IMG/VR virus record: IMGVR_UViG_3300049846_002130
Coordinates: 119,529-183,528 of that record
Source: a virus
Direction: 5' to 3' (one strand)
Length of the DNA stretch: 64,000 nucleotides
Positions 38,491 through 48,312 of this stretch are shown here, piece after piece. Position 1 is the stretch's first letter, and each line of letters starts with the position of its first letter. A program made the position numbers and the translations under genes. A model generated the notes under the pieces. The model saw nothing but the letters and a program-made list of their open reading frames with translations, was not told where the DNA came from and made no database searches.

Positions 38491-39788
38491 TAGCTAATCT
38501 CCTCTATATCTATTACATCCTGTTCTTTAGCAATACCTTCAAGGTGTTTAAAGACAAAGCCTTTGTGTTTAAATATTGTACCGAACATATTTGGATGTTC
38601 GACTCTAATACAAACACCTTCAATAGGATGTCTATTATCAATAGGATCTGGTCCATCTGATAGCTGGTGACTAAGTTCCAATAAAGCTTCTTTAGTATCT
38701 AGCTTAAATCTTGTTAGCTCGGGGACATGTTTAAGTCCTAGTTCTTTACACCTAGCTTTAATCTGATCCCAAGATAGTTCTGTTATAGCTCCGTCAGTAT
38801 CACAACTAGTAATTCTATAAACATAAAGTTCATATTGGCCTTCAGAAAGACCATATGAATAAGTAATTGTAGGTGGATAAATCCGGGCTAAAGCTTTTCT
38901 TATATCATCTTTATCTCTTATTAAAGAATGCTGAGCCATGATTGGTTTATTATGCATCCAACCAACTAATTCGTAATATAGAACTTCACCTTTATGAAGA
39001 CTGAGTTTACTGCCTATTGCTTGTCGCCAAGCTCTGTCTCCAAAGTCGGTCTCAATAAGTTTTTCTCTTGGATCAAAAGTAACATTACGACTACCAGTAA
39101 CATGCTTCCAATCACTTTTGGTTTTAAGTACAAATGGAATCTTAAAGAAAGCTAATAACCAATTAATAGCAAGCTTCCAGAACCAAGGTTTTCTTTCAAC
39201 CAAAACATGACCGGTTCTACCACTAGTTCCGTGTAGTTTTTGAGTAATAATTATATCTGCTTGATCTGGAATAGTACTTAAATAATAGCTAAGTTGTTTA
39301 GTGTCATAATGCTTAGGAAGCATTATGATTTCTTTAAGCTTCGTTTTTACTTTGTTTGGCTTCTTTATCAAAGAGGTTGTAGCTTTAGAGAAATATTTAT
39401 TACAAACAAGTTGATTGTTAATTATAGTAAAGGTTTGACCTTCTTTTAGTTCAGCTAAATTAGTACCCGTCCAGCTAAGTTTATCTAGCTCAAGCCAAAT
39501 ACCTTCTGATCTAACTCCTCGAATAGTAATACATTTTATTCTTCGATTAGCTTCGAAGTAACCGTTGGCTTCAGGGTCTTTGTTTTCACCTTTACCACGT
39601 CGGTAAAGATTATTGTGATAACACATCTCATGGCTAAGCTCCCCATCGGAGGGGAAATAAATACCAAGCTGACCATCTTTAACTACATTAGAAACCACAA
39701 CTTCATTACCTAAGCAAGAACCTATTAAAAGTCTACTTGCATTAGGATGTGGTTTTGTTTTTATTCTGGTAATAATTGCTTCATACAT
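38490..39788 (-). CDS. ATP-dependent RNA ligase, DRB0094/Rnl5-like
   Basis: N-terminal OB-like HPNASRL...GIYFP.D; motif I QKLHGTS; YELVG; EGVCIR; FKHK. Confidence 0.8.
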   Translation of the reverse strand: MYEAIITRIKTKPHPNASRLLIGSCLGNEVVVSNVVKDGQLGIYFPSDGELSHEMCYHNNLYRRGKGENKDPEANGYFEANRRIKCITIRGVRSEGIWLELDKLSWTGTNLAELKEGQTFTIINNQLVCNKYFSKATTSLIKKPNKVKTKLKEIIMLPKHYDTKQLSYYLSTIPDQADIIITQKLHGTSGRTGHVLVERKPWFWKLAINWLLAFFKIPFVLKTKSDWKHVTGSRNVTFDPREKLIETDFGDRAWRQAIGSKLSLHKGEVLYYELVGWMHNKPIMAQHSLIRDKDDIRKALARIYPPTITYSYGLSEGQYELYVYRITSCDTDGAITELSWDQIKARCKELGLKHVPELTRFKLDTKEALLELSHQLSDGPDPIDNRHPIEGVCIRVEHPNMFGTIFKHKGFVFKHLEGIAKEQDVIDIEEIS

Positions 39789-39795
39789 AGTGTTC

Positions 39796-41019
39796 TCAAT
39801 TAATTAATTCAGAATTGAACCTGTGCGCCGGCGACCACCAGATCGAGGAAACTATTCGTGGAACCAGACTCTGAAACTTTTCTATTATTAACGTCATAGA
39901 ATGTGTTTCTAATAGCTTAATAAGAAGCATGTTATCAGTTGTACGTAGAATTTTTAAGACTAGTTGTCTTATAGCTTCTTTATCTCTTAGGCTATATTCT
40001 TGCTGCTGGTAACTAACAATAGTTCCTTTAAGTTCAAGATTGATTAAATACTCTTTACCAGACTTCCATCTAAGACCAAGCTGGTCTTTATCTGGCAGGC
40101 TATTAAGCTCTATGATTAAGTTGTCTTCTGTAGAAGGCTTAAACTTATCTTCCTTGGTTACAAGCGTGCTAATTATATTAGCTACAGCTGTAGGACCGCC
40201 ACATTTATCTCTAAGATCTACCCAAGTTTGATTGGTCCATCTAGATATTAAAGCTTCAAGCTTATCTGTATCAGTAGTATAAAAACTAGTAGCACCAGTG
40301 GCTTCTGAATGATTTCTTCTAAGTTTAATTTCATCTTTATAAACAACTAAGTCAAATTTACTATAAAACTTATCAATAGTTTTAAAATCATGTATTAAAT
40401 TTGGGTGAAGAATATTAATAAGTTCTGCTAGAATTTTTTCTACAATCTCTACAGTTCCTACAGTATCTCTTATCTTGGTATAAGTTGGTTCGTTCCATGT
40501 ATTAACCCAAGTACTTAACTGGTTACATAAATCTTTTATACAAATAGCATTTATGTTAATACTTGGAATAGATAATCTACTATAAGTACTTGGGTTACCC
40601 TGAACAAATCCTTGACTAAAAGAGTCTATTCTAAAGTCTACTAAATAGGATTCTCCAAGTTCAGGAATTGCTAGTCTTAAGTATTTGTGATTATATTTTT
40701 CAACCACAGATATTTTTAGGTTATCGGATTTAACTGTAGGTTTATTAGTTATATTAGTATTTTCTGATGAATAAACATTTTTTAATGAATAGATATACGA
40801 TTGGTTTATAGCAGATGCTTTAGTAACTATGTTGTCAGGAGAAGGCTTCTCATCAACAGTAGTAACTTTAGGTTCATCTTCTTTACCTAAAGAACTTAAA
40901 GCTCCTACCAAACCTAAACTTAGAAGTAGCGAACCTAAACCTAAGGCGGGTTTTTGTGTTGTTGGCTTCGTAAGAGTCTTAGTTGAAGACCGTATTTTTT
41001 GTTTAACTGGTGAGGTCAT
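39796..41019 (-). CDS. hypothetical protein, Lys-rich N-terminus plus TM anchor
   Basis: ORF track. Confidence 0.6.
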   Translation of the reverse strand: MTSPVKQKIRSSTKTLTKPTTQKPALGLGSLLLSLGLVGALSSLGKEDEPKVTTVDEKPSPDNIVTKASAINQSYIYSLKNVYSSENTNITNKPTVKSDNLKISVVEKYNHKYLRLAIPELGESYLVDFRIDSFSQGFVQGNPSTYSRLSIPSININAICIKDLCNQLSTWVNTWNEPTYTKIRDTVGTVEIVEKILAELINILHPNLIHDFKTIDKFYSKFDLVVYKDEIKLRRNHSEATGATSFYTTDTDKLEALISRWTNQTWVDLRDKCGGPTAVANIISTLVTKEDKFKPSTEDNLIIELNSLPDKDQLGLRWKSGKEYLINLELKGTIVSYQQQEYSLRDKEAIRQLVLKILRTTDNMLLIKLLETHSMTLIIEKFQSLVPRIVSSIWWSPAHRFNSELIN

Positions 41020-41495
41020 TAGTTACTCTTTATTGTTTTCCACATATAAGATTTAGCAATTTGTATAGCTAACTTTCTTATAGTTGCAATAGAAATAGGT
41101 TTAATTCTTTGAGAGCGTCGTAAAACGCGTATATCTTTGCCTACTAAAAGGATACCCCAATAATTAGGTAAACCTTTTGTAGATAAATCCTTAACAAGCT
41201 CTTCGTCAGAAGAGCCTCTTAAGATATCTTTTTGACAAGCAATATAACAATGTGAAGCAGCTTTTTCATACTTAAGGTATTTTCGCTTTTGTAAATCTTG
41301 TAATAAATCTGCTCGACTTATTTTTGCTTCTATTGCCAATACTTTAAATGGTCTATATTTTGGGCGAGTGCTGATGCCTATAGCATCAGCTATACCCCGC
41401 CCAAAAGCTATCTCATTAATAGCTAAATCTATACCTGGTCTCGTAAGTAACCAGTCTACTAATTTAATTGTTAATTCTCTATGAGTCATTAACAA
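41019..41495 (-). CDS. PD-(D/E)xK nuclease-like (MmcB-like) protein
   Basis: NE...ADAIG...IEAKISRADL..D. Confidence 0.65.
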   Translation of the reverse strand: MLMTHRELTIKLVDWLLTRPGIDLAINEIAFGRGIADAIGISTRPKYRPFKVLAIEAKISRADLLQDLQKRKYLKYEKAASHCYIACQKDILRGSSDEELVKDLSTKGLPNYWGILLVGKDIRVLRRSQRIKPISIATIRKLAIQIAKSYMWKTIKSN

Positions 41496-41496
41496 A

Positions 41497-41685
41497 TTAT
41501 ACCACTGGTTCTACAAAAACCTTTCCAACTTCTTCATATTGTTCTTTGGTTAACTGAAGCTTTACAGCTCTAGCGGAAACATATGCTTCTGATCGAGTGC
41601 TTCTACCTTCGTACTTCTTACGAGTATAAGCAACTGCTGTACGAGCTGCTGCTTTAGCTAAAGTTCTTTTTTGCTTTCTGTTCAT
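41497..41685 (-). CDS. small basic hypothetical protein
   Basis: MNRKQKR start; operon packing. Confidence 0.55.
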   Translation of the reverse strand: MNRKQKRTLAKAAARTAVAYTRKKYEGRSTRSEAYVSARAVKLQLTKEQYEEVGKVFVEPVV

Positions 41686-42374
41686 ATATTTTCCATAGTG
41701 AATTTTATTGGTTGATTTATTAAGTGGCCCGCACTATCTTTAGAACAAGCATTAATTGTGATTATATCTTGATGAAGTAAAACACCCGCTTGTTCATGAA
41801 TATGACCACAAATATGAATCTTGGGTCTAATTAATCTAATTTGCTCTAATAATATCTTAGAACCAATATGGCCATATTTGTCTTCATTTTCTTTGGGAGG
41901 TCTATAGACTTGGTCAGCAAATCCATAAGCTGGTTCATGAGTTACCAATAAATCGCAAGAGCCAAGTTTATAGTGCTTTGGAGTTCTATATGTACCAAAG
42001 AAATGGCTTCCCCAAATGGTTAGATCCCAGTATTTTAAGTACAAAGGGCTATCCATTAATAGTTGAATACCAATTCTTTTACAGGTAGCAGCTATAGCAT
42101 TTGTGTTCTTCTTAAATGCTCTAGCATCATGGTTACCTGGTACATATATCTTATAACATGCGGGTTGCTGAGCCAACCAGTAAAGAAAATCACAAAGCGA
42201 TTCATAACCTTTATTGGTTGCATCACCTGCATGAATTAAAATATCAGTTGGTTCAATTTCTAATTTCTCATGTTCATCATGAGTGTCAGAAATTGCTGTT
42301 AGGTTAACCATTTTCTCATAAGCTGAATAATTGGATTTTTGGTAATAAAATCTGGTTCTTGAGATTCCTGCCAA
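41682..42374 (-). CDS. calcineurin-like metallophosphoesterase
   Basis: SDTH, HAGD, PGNHD, THEP, CGHIHE; likely start MVNLT. Confidence 0.9.
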   Translation of the reverse strand: MAGISRTRFYYQKSNYSAYEKMVNLTAISDTHDEHEKLEIEPTDILIHAGDATNKGYESLCDFLYWLAQQPACYKIYVPGNHDARAFKKNTNAIAATCKRIGIQLLMDSPLYLKYWDLTIWGSHFFGTYRTPKHYKLGSCDLLVTHEPAYGFADQVYRPPKENEDKYGHIGSKILLEQIRLIRPKIHICGHIHEQAGVLLHQDIITINACSKDSAGHLINQPIKFTMENI

Positions 42375-43048
42375 CCTTCGCCTGCTTTTAAGAATAACTT
42401 AATTGGATCAGTATAGTCTGTAGCTAATCTATTCTTTTCTGGTGCGTGTAATATTCTATATACATCCATTACAGTAATGATTAGATTTGCATCGGACAAT
42501 CTTGCAAATTGAGCTGGACCAGCTAGAACTCTTTTACTACCTTTAACTAAGTGAGCTACGGTAATTAAGATAAAATTAGGATTTTCTCGAAGCTTATGTA
42601 ACTCTCGAGCCAGATCTCTAGATTCTTTTATGTTATCGCCAGCCCACTCATTCAGAGTATCTATAGCAGCTACATATATCTTCTTACTGTCAGCACATTC
42701 TTTAACCATTCTTTTAATTCTTGGTAGTACAGCTTCTTTAACACCACCTAAAATATTATGAATATTAGTGCTTCCAACTAGTTTCTGATACTTAATGATT
42801 TTATTTTTGCCTGTCTCAAAGTCAAATAAATCAACTATACAATCAGTATTCTGTGCATAACCACTAAGAATATCTAGTAAAATTAAAGTCTTACCAGAAC
42901 CAGGAACTCCAGATATATTAATCCAGCTACCACCAGGAGTACCAAAATCTTTACCATTTTGCTCTCCAATAATTTTGTCCCAAAACTCTCTATGTGAAGA
43001 AAGTACTGGTGGATGTTTAGCATTCTTTCTTATATCTAGTTCGTTCAT
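42299..43048 (-). CDS. RecA-fold ATPase, RadA/Sms-core-like
   Basis: GVPGSGKT, IDT, AHLVKG, KNR motif. Confidence 0.65.
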   Translation of the reverse strand: MNELDIRKNAKHPPVLSSHREFWDKIIGEQNGKDFGTPGGSWINISGVPGSGKTLILLDILSGYAQNTDCIVDLFDFETGKNKIIKYQKLVGSTNIHNILGGVKEAVLPRIKRMVKECADSKKIYVAAIDTLNEWAGDNIKESRDLARELHKLRENPNFILITVAHLVKGSKRVLAGPAQFARLSDANLIITVMDVYRILHAPEKNRLATDYTDPIKLFLKAGEGWQESQEPDFITKNPIIQLMRKWLT

Positions 43049-43066
43049 AAATATCCCCTAAAAGAT

Positions 43067-43092
43067 AAAGGCTAAGCTTTTGCTTAGCCTTT
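43067..43092 (-). terminator. intrinsic terminator hairpin
   Basis: AAAGGCTAAGC-TTTT-GCTTAGCCTTT. Confidence 0.65.
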
Positions 43093-43123
43093 GAGATTAA
43101 CTAAGACCTAGTCATAGCGCAGG

Positions 43124-43459
43124 TCACTGCGCTGGTTCTACTAGTAAGATCCAATTAAATGGTATACGATATTTAACTTTTGTTTTTGTAGTCGTTGTTA
43201 CTAAACAATTATGAACTACTGCATCGGGTGGAAAAGAATAAATAAACCTAGCAGGATCTTTTCCAAATAAAAGATCACTAATGTGTTCTTTTAAAGAAGA
43301 CGGTTTTTGATACTCAACAATATGAGAATCTATAGGAGTTGTTTTTGAGTCACATCTAATACCTCTAATGGTAACCCATCGACTACTATCATTAGATACA
43401 GTAACATCTTCTAAGAATAACACTTCTTTAGTAGGCAAATAGATAAAAGCATTAGTCAT
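43124..43459 (-). CDS. hypothetical protein
   Basis: ORF track. Confidence 0.55.
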   Translation of the reverse strand: MTNAFIYLPTKEVLFLEDVTVSNDSSRWVTIRGIRCDSKTTPIDSHIVEYQKPSSLKEHISDLLFGKDPARFIYSFPPDAVVHNCLVTTTTKTKVKYRIPFNWILLVEPAQ

Positions 43460-43748
43460 CGTCTATCTCTTCTAGTAGATAATCTAGAATTTTTATGAAT
43501 TCTTTTTGAGTTGGCTCAGGATTAACATCTTTAATTCGTAGTCTATATTGTGGTTGAAACCTAATAATATACTCTCTAAAATTACCAAGACTAATTGAAA
43601 TTTTAATAGGATTTAAATTTATCTTTTGAGTTTTTTCATATAGGAGAGTTGTTTTAGGACCAATAAGCTCTTCTAAAGCTTGTGCCTCAGCTTCCTCTTC
43701 TTTTTTTCTCAAGATAAATGGATTTAGTAATTTAAGTATTCTAATCAT
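43452..43748 (-). CDS. hypothetical protein
   Basis: ORF track. Confidence 0.55.
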   Translation of the reverse strand: MIRILKLLNPFILRKKEEEAEAQALEELIGPKTTLLYEKTQKINLNPIKISISLGNFREYIIRFQPQYRLRIKDVNPEPTQKEFIKILDYLLEEIDDD

Positions 43749-44404
43749 AGATCTACTACAATAGGCTTGTTAAGCTTACGATAGTTTTCATCTAATGATG
43801 CTGCATTAACAGCAATAGTCTTATTATTAGAATACTTATATTGACCATAGCCTTCATGGATATGACCAAAGGCATGAAGATCTATACTTAAGCCTTCTAC
43901 TCTAGATCTTAAAGGTTTACTACCAACATTGTAATCTACTTCACCATCAAACAAATGGTTTACTTGATCGCCAAGACCATAAGGTGGAACATGGGTAAGT
44001 AATATGTTGGTATCATCTGGTATGTGGTCCCAAACGGAATCTTGTTCATTATAGAATGCCCAACCCTTTAGGTCCTTCTGTAGAGGTGAGCCATAGAACT
44101 TAAGAGAATCAATTATAATTGATTCTCTATACAAATAATGACAGTTTTCTGGCAAAGTCTTAAGAAGCTCTCTAAATCGTGGCTTCTGCCTTTCGCAGAA
44201 GAAGTCATGATTACCGGCAATAAATACGATATGTCTAGCTGGTATTGGCTCTTCATGACCGTTGCCTAGCCAATTAAGAAAACCCAAAACTTCACGCTCT
44301 GTTCCGTTCATTGTAAAATCACCAGTATGAATTAAGAAATCACATTCTGGGATATGTAATTTATGTGCTTGGTTATGAGTATCAGAAATAAAAGTTAAAC
44401 GCAT
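43745..44404 (-). CDS. calcineurin-like metallophosphoesterase (paralog of 41682..42374)
   Basis: SDTH, HTGD, AGNHD, THVPP, FGHIHE. Confidence 0.9.
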   Translation of the reverse strand: MRLTFISDTHNQAHKLHIPECDFLIHTGDFTMNGTEREVLGFLNWLGNGHEEPIPARHIVFIAGNHDFFCERQKPRFRELLKTLPENCHYLYRESIIIDSLKFYGSPLQKDLKGWAFYNEQDSVWDHIPDDTNILLTHVPPYGLGDQVNHLFDGEVDYNVGSKPLRSRVEGLSIDLHAFGHIHEGYGQYKYSNNKTIAVNAASLDENYRKLNKPIVVDL

Positions 44405-44405
44405 A

Positions 44406-44900
44406 TTAGTTCTCTATAGTGTTGCAGATAAGAGCCCATCTTGTTGTATAAGAAACACAGCCTTGCTGTTTTGGATTACTCCAATCTACTTTATGATATG
44501 GCCTTTCAAGACCAGGTATGTTAGTTGGGAAGATAAATATCTGGCCAGGATTTTGATTAAACTTTTGGCTATCTACAGTTAACACTGTATGCCATAAATT
44601 TCCATAAAGGCTAACTACTGTAAGTCCTTTATTGTTTAATGGATCTTTGTGTCCAGATACATTTTGTCCTGGCTCATATTTTTGAATAAACCAAGTATTG
44701 AATACTTGTGCGGGAACCAATGAGTTTAAATTTAAAAACTCTTCTTGAATTAGCTTAGGTAACTTATCTAAGGATTTAATCATTTTAAACTGAAAGTTAC
44801 CTAGCCAAGTTGGACAATTTCTATACGAAAGGTTTTCTAACTCACCTATTAAACTTGGTTCAGCTCCATAAGTAAATGGATTGGGTATTCTAATTAGCAA
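44406..44900 (-). CDS. 2OG-Fe(II) oxygenase-like (AlkB-like) protein
   Basis: KYEPG...HKD...H...R pattern. Confidence 0.6.
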   Translation of the reverse strand: MLIRIPNPFTYGAEPSLIGELENLSYRNCPTWLGNFQFKMIKSLDKLPKLIQEEFLNLNSLVPAQVFNTWFIQKYEPGQNVSGHKDPLNNKGLTVVSLYGNLWHTVLTVDSQKFNQNPGQIFIFPTNIPGLERPYHKVDWSNPKQQGCVSYTTRWALICNTIEN

Positions 44901-45090
44901 TTAGAATACCCATAAATATAGCAAATGGTAACTGCCATATTAAAGCTAAGCCCAAAATCTTAAGTTTGGCTTCTATTGAAATTAACTTAGAATCTATATG
45001 GGTTGTAATTCTTCTATAAAAAATAGTCCAAACAAAGAAATTAATTATGGAAAGTATTGCTAAGGTACTACTTAGATTTAATAACGGCAT
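44890..45090 (-). CDS. small membrane protein
   Basis: two hydrophobic helices. Confidence 0.5.
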   Translation of the reverse strand: MPLLNLSSTLAILSIINFFVWTIFYRRITTHIDSKLISIEAKLKILGLALIWQLPFAIFMGILIAN

Positions 45091-45577
45091 TTTGACTCTC
45101 TAAAATTTCTGTTCTTAAATTTAATAGCTCTCTTCTTATAAGCCGGCAATATGTCATTGATCTAAAAGTTGAAGCTAAATAAATATCAACAACTAATCGT
45201 TTTTGAGTAGAAGTTAGATGATCTTCCCAAAAGCCAATAACCTGATGTGCATCGATATTAGATCTTATATAAGTTGTAACAGGAATATGACGAAGAGTTT
45301 CTAGTCTATCAAGGTAGACTAGGGCCTTATCTATGTCTTGAACTCCATTCTTTTGATAGGCTCTTACTGCGTATTTAAAGATATTAAACAGATGTGGACA
45401 AAGTCTCCATGCTTCTGCAACATCATTTACAGAATAGACAGGTAGCTCGTAGTAGCTAGGATTAATAACTGTACGAAGAAAGTCCATAAATAATAAGCTG
45501 GCACTAAGTGCCAGCTCCTCCCTGAGAACCAACAAGCTTCTCAAACATCTCATAGCTATGTCTAGTCCGGGCAGCAC
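45068..45577 (-). CDS. DUF3310-like protein
   Basis: NPSYY...NIFKY..R...KNG..DI.KA..Y; true start probably downstream (MDFLR). Confidence 0.65.
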   Translation of the reverse strand: MLPGLDIAMRCLRSLLVLREELALSASLLFMDFLRTVINPSYYELPVYSVNDVAEAWRLCPHLFNIFKYAVRAYQKNGVQDIDKALVYLDRLETLRHIPVTTYIRSNIDAHQVIGFWEDHLTSTQKRLVVDIYLASTFRSMTYCRLIRRELLNLRTEILESQNAVIKSK

Positions 45578-46262
45578 TTGCAGTCGCCTTATTTACAAGG
45601 CGACTGATAGCTCGGCTTGTACTATCAGTACCATACTTGGGAAGTAAAAAGCTTCGAATAGCCTCAGCAATCTTATTCTCGTCAGCAGGATCCTTAGTAC
45701 GGCCATCTACAAAAGTAATGTTGTTTAGATAAGAGGCAGCCTTATCTGCACCCGCATCAAAAGCTTCTTCTGCTAGATCTGTAAACTTTACTAATACTGG
45801 TGTAGTCATAAATCTACCAAAAGCTGTTGCTCTATGCTGCTTGCGCCGCCACTCTTCTGCAACATGATCCTTACAGAATACAGCTGCCCCATAGACAACG
45901 TATCTTGGATGACCATCAGAAGTAAGAACACCATTACTATATGTTGCTGGAATTTCAGGAGTTAGGCCCCAGACAAGAGTAGTAACACGCTCACCAATAC
46001 GTAATGCTGTATTTACGCTCTTTCTAGCCTCTGTATAGGCTAAAGCTAAGAGGTGATCGTATTCTGCACTTTCTGGGTCTAGATTATCGGCAACAACTTG
46101 CTTGCTGAGCTTCTTAACAGTAGCTACCATCATCTTTTCAAGTCGCTCACGACCAGGATGAAAGTACTTTGTATTTACTCTAACATCTCTAAAAATAGTG
46201 TTAGTTAGAGTAGTATCTAGCTTAACTCGACGATCTACAACAGTCATTTTATTATCCTTCAT
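45504..46262 (-). CDS. hypothetical protein
   Basis: ORF track. Confidence 0.65.
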   Translation of the reverse strand: MKDNKMTVVDRRVKLDTTLTNTIFRDVRVNTKYFHPGRERLEKMMVATVKKLSKQVVADNLDPESAEYDHLLALAYTEARKSVNTALRIGERVTTLVWGLTPEIPATYSNGVLTSDGHPRYVVYGAAVFCKDHVAEEWRRKQHRATAFGRFMTTPVLVKFTDLAEEAFDAGADKAASYLNNITFVDGRTKDPADENKIAEAIRSFLLPKYGTDSTSRAISRLVNKATASAARTRHSYEMFEKLVGSQGGAGT

Positions 46263-46509
46263 AAGCCTTCATCTTAAGAATTTCAATATAGTATGTATGA
46301 AACTGGTCCTTATCCTTATAATGGATGCCAACAGCATGCGTAATTAGGGGATTACCATCTGGACCTAGAACCTTAGTAATATCTTCTCGGTCCTTTAAAC
46401 CCTTATTCCACTCGCTAGTGGTAACCCAATCCAGTTTACCATCGGAATACTTAATCTGCATTAGCTTTACAACATTAAAGCCCTTAAAGCGTTCAAGTAG
46501 TTCAAACAT
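46252..46509 (-). CDS. hypothetical protein
   Basis: ORF track, GAGG RBS. Confidence 0.55.
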   Translation of the reverse strand: MFELLERFKGFNVVKLMQIKYSDGKLDWVTTSEWNKGLKDREDITKVLGPDGNPLITHAVGIHYKDKDQFHTYYIEILKMKAYEG

Positions 46510-46691
46510 TTAAACCTCAACTTCTACAAACGTAGAAGAATCAAATCTAGTCATCTTTCCAGTTACTAAGCAAACAGCGTTATAAGTTAATTCGAAGACA
46601 TATGTATATCCAACAGGATATACCTTAACATAAGTACAGCCATCAACTATAAATTCAGTTGATGGCTGTAAGTCTTCGAAGCGCTTGATAG

Positions 46692-47906
46692 CTAGATGGT
46701 CTTCGTTCTTTCCATTCCTGACCCAGCAGCAGCAAGCGCTCTCTCCCGCTGGCGAGATGTTGAAGGGACAGAGGGCTCTTCGAACTCCTCTTCCTCTTCA
46801 GAAGTCTCTGTCAACTCAAGACTAGCTGCAGCTTGACGATACTCGTCAAGGAATGGTCCAACAAAGTCCAAAATACCATCAGTGAGTAGCGCTGCACCAT
46901 CACCAGCCCAATCGTCGAGTGCAACAGTAGCTACCTTCTCAACGGCAGCCTTATATGGAATTTTATTACTAACATCAAACTGGATAGCAATCAAAGCCAA
47001 AGCTGGTAAAAGTCCTTCGAGAGCCTTCTGTCCAGGGACAGTATGGAAGAATTGTGGAAGGGAGTTACCAAACTTAGCAGTAACCTCTCGAACAAATCGA
47101 CGGTTGATTGAACCAACTACACCACGCTGCGCGCCCTTAAGACCAATATCCTTGATCTTGGCAAACGCATTACCTGCTGGACTTGCCATTTTTACTCCTG
47201 CTGACTTTTTTACTTTAAGTTCTTTGTATAAAGCTTCGATAGTCGAAGAGTCTAGATGTCTATTATGGATTAGCTCTTGATGCAATCTAGAATGATCTGG
47301 ATGTGTAGTATCAAGAGAATCAATAAGCTCTAGCCATCGCTCGAAGGAAATATTGGGGGCATAATTGGAATGAATAAATTTAAGAGTGGCTAAATTAAAA
47401 GCATCTTTGGTTAAACCTACTTCGCTTGTAATTGTACCAACCTTAATTAAATTCCAATCATTCTTATGGGCTTGCTCTGCTATAGAAAGATTTTTTGCTG
47501 TAACAGCAATTCCATTTCTATTAACTTTTGTCTGCATTACCTTACCAATATTTTGACCGCTCGGTAGTTTATATTGGTTTTTAGGTAAAGCATAAATACC
47601 TGAATTGAGTGTTTTAAAAGAGTTTATAATATCTACTTTTGCAGCCACTCTATCTATTTTTTCACTATCACTTCTACTAAGAAATGTTTTTAGGTCTTTA
47701 TGTATCATATAACTCTCTTTTAAAGAAGAGAGTACTGGAGTGATTTCGTGAATAGTAAGATTATTGTCTTTATCAAAAGATACTCTTACATCTAAGTTTA
47801 GTTCACTAAACAAATCTGTGTCCCAATCATCAAAAACAGAATCAATGTCAAACCAGGCTTCATCTGGAAGATCACTGAAATTATTTGATGCTAGGAACTC
47901 TTTCAC
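46692..47906 (-). CDS. hypothetical protein with acidic C-terminal tail
   Basis: 404-aa ORF. Confidence 0.65.
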   Translation of the reverse strand: MKEFLASNNFSDLPDEAWFDIDSVFDDWDTDLFSELNLDVRVSFDKDNNLTIHEITPVLSSLKESYMIHKDLKTFLSRSDSEKIDRVAAKVDIINSFKTLNSGIYALPKNQYKLPSGQNIGKVMQTKVNRNGIAVTAKNLSIAEQAHKNDWNLIKVGTITSEVGLTKDAFNLATLKFIHSNYAPNISFERWLELIDSLDTTHPDHSRLHQELIHNRHLDSSTIEALYKELKVKKSAGVKMASPAGNAFAKIKDIGLKGAQRGVVGSINRRFVREVTAKFGNSLPQFFHTVPGQKALEGLLPALALIAIQFDVSNKIPYKAAVEKVATVALDDWAGDGAALLTDGILDFVGPFLDEYRQAAASLELTETSEEEEEFEEPSVPSTSRQRERALAAAGSGMERTKTI

Positions 47907-48268
47907 GTACCCACTCCATTTTATCGTTTAGGTACTCAATCTTCTTAATGTTACACTGTTGTATGTAACCCATGCAATATTTGCATGGTCTAGAAGGTTT
48001 AGGTTTACCAGCTGGGCTCCATCTATAAATTCTAAGGATATCCCCTGGTCTAGAAGCTAGTAGGGCATGGGTTTCTGCATGCAATTTACACACTTCAATA
48101 GGATTTTGTGTCTCGTCATCTACAACACTATACCTAAATTTGGTATGTGTTTTTGCATTATTGACTGTAATCTTAATTACAGTCTTACCTCTAATTAATA
48201 TGGCTGCAACATGCCATAAACTTGGAGATTGTAAAGCTAGATGACGAGCCCGCTCATAGAGGGCTCAT
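47881..48268 (-). pseudogene. cytidine/dCMP deaminase-family protein with a +1 frameshift after the start
   Basis: HAE and PCKYC zinc motifs; the open frame extends almost to the RBS-preceded ATG at 48268, which is one base out of frame. Confidence 0.7.
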
Positions 48269-48312
48269 TTTATCTCTCCAAACCATACCCTGCGTCAGCA
48301 GGGTAGTAACAT

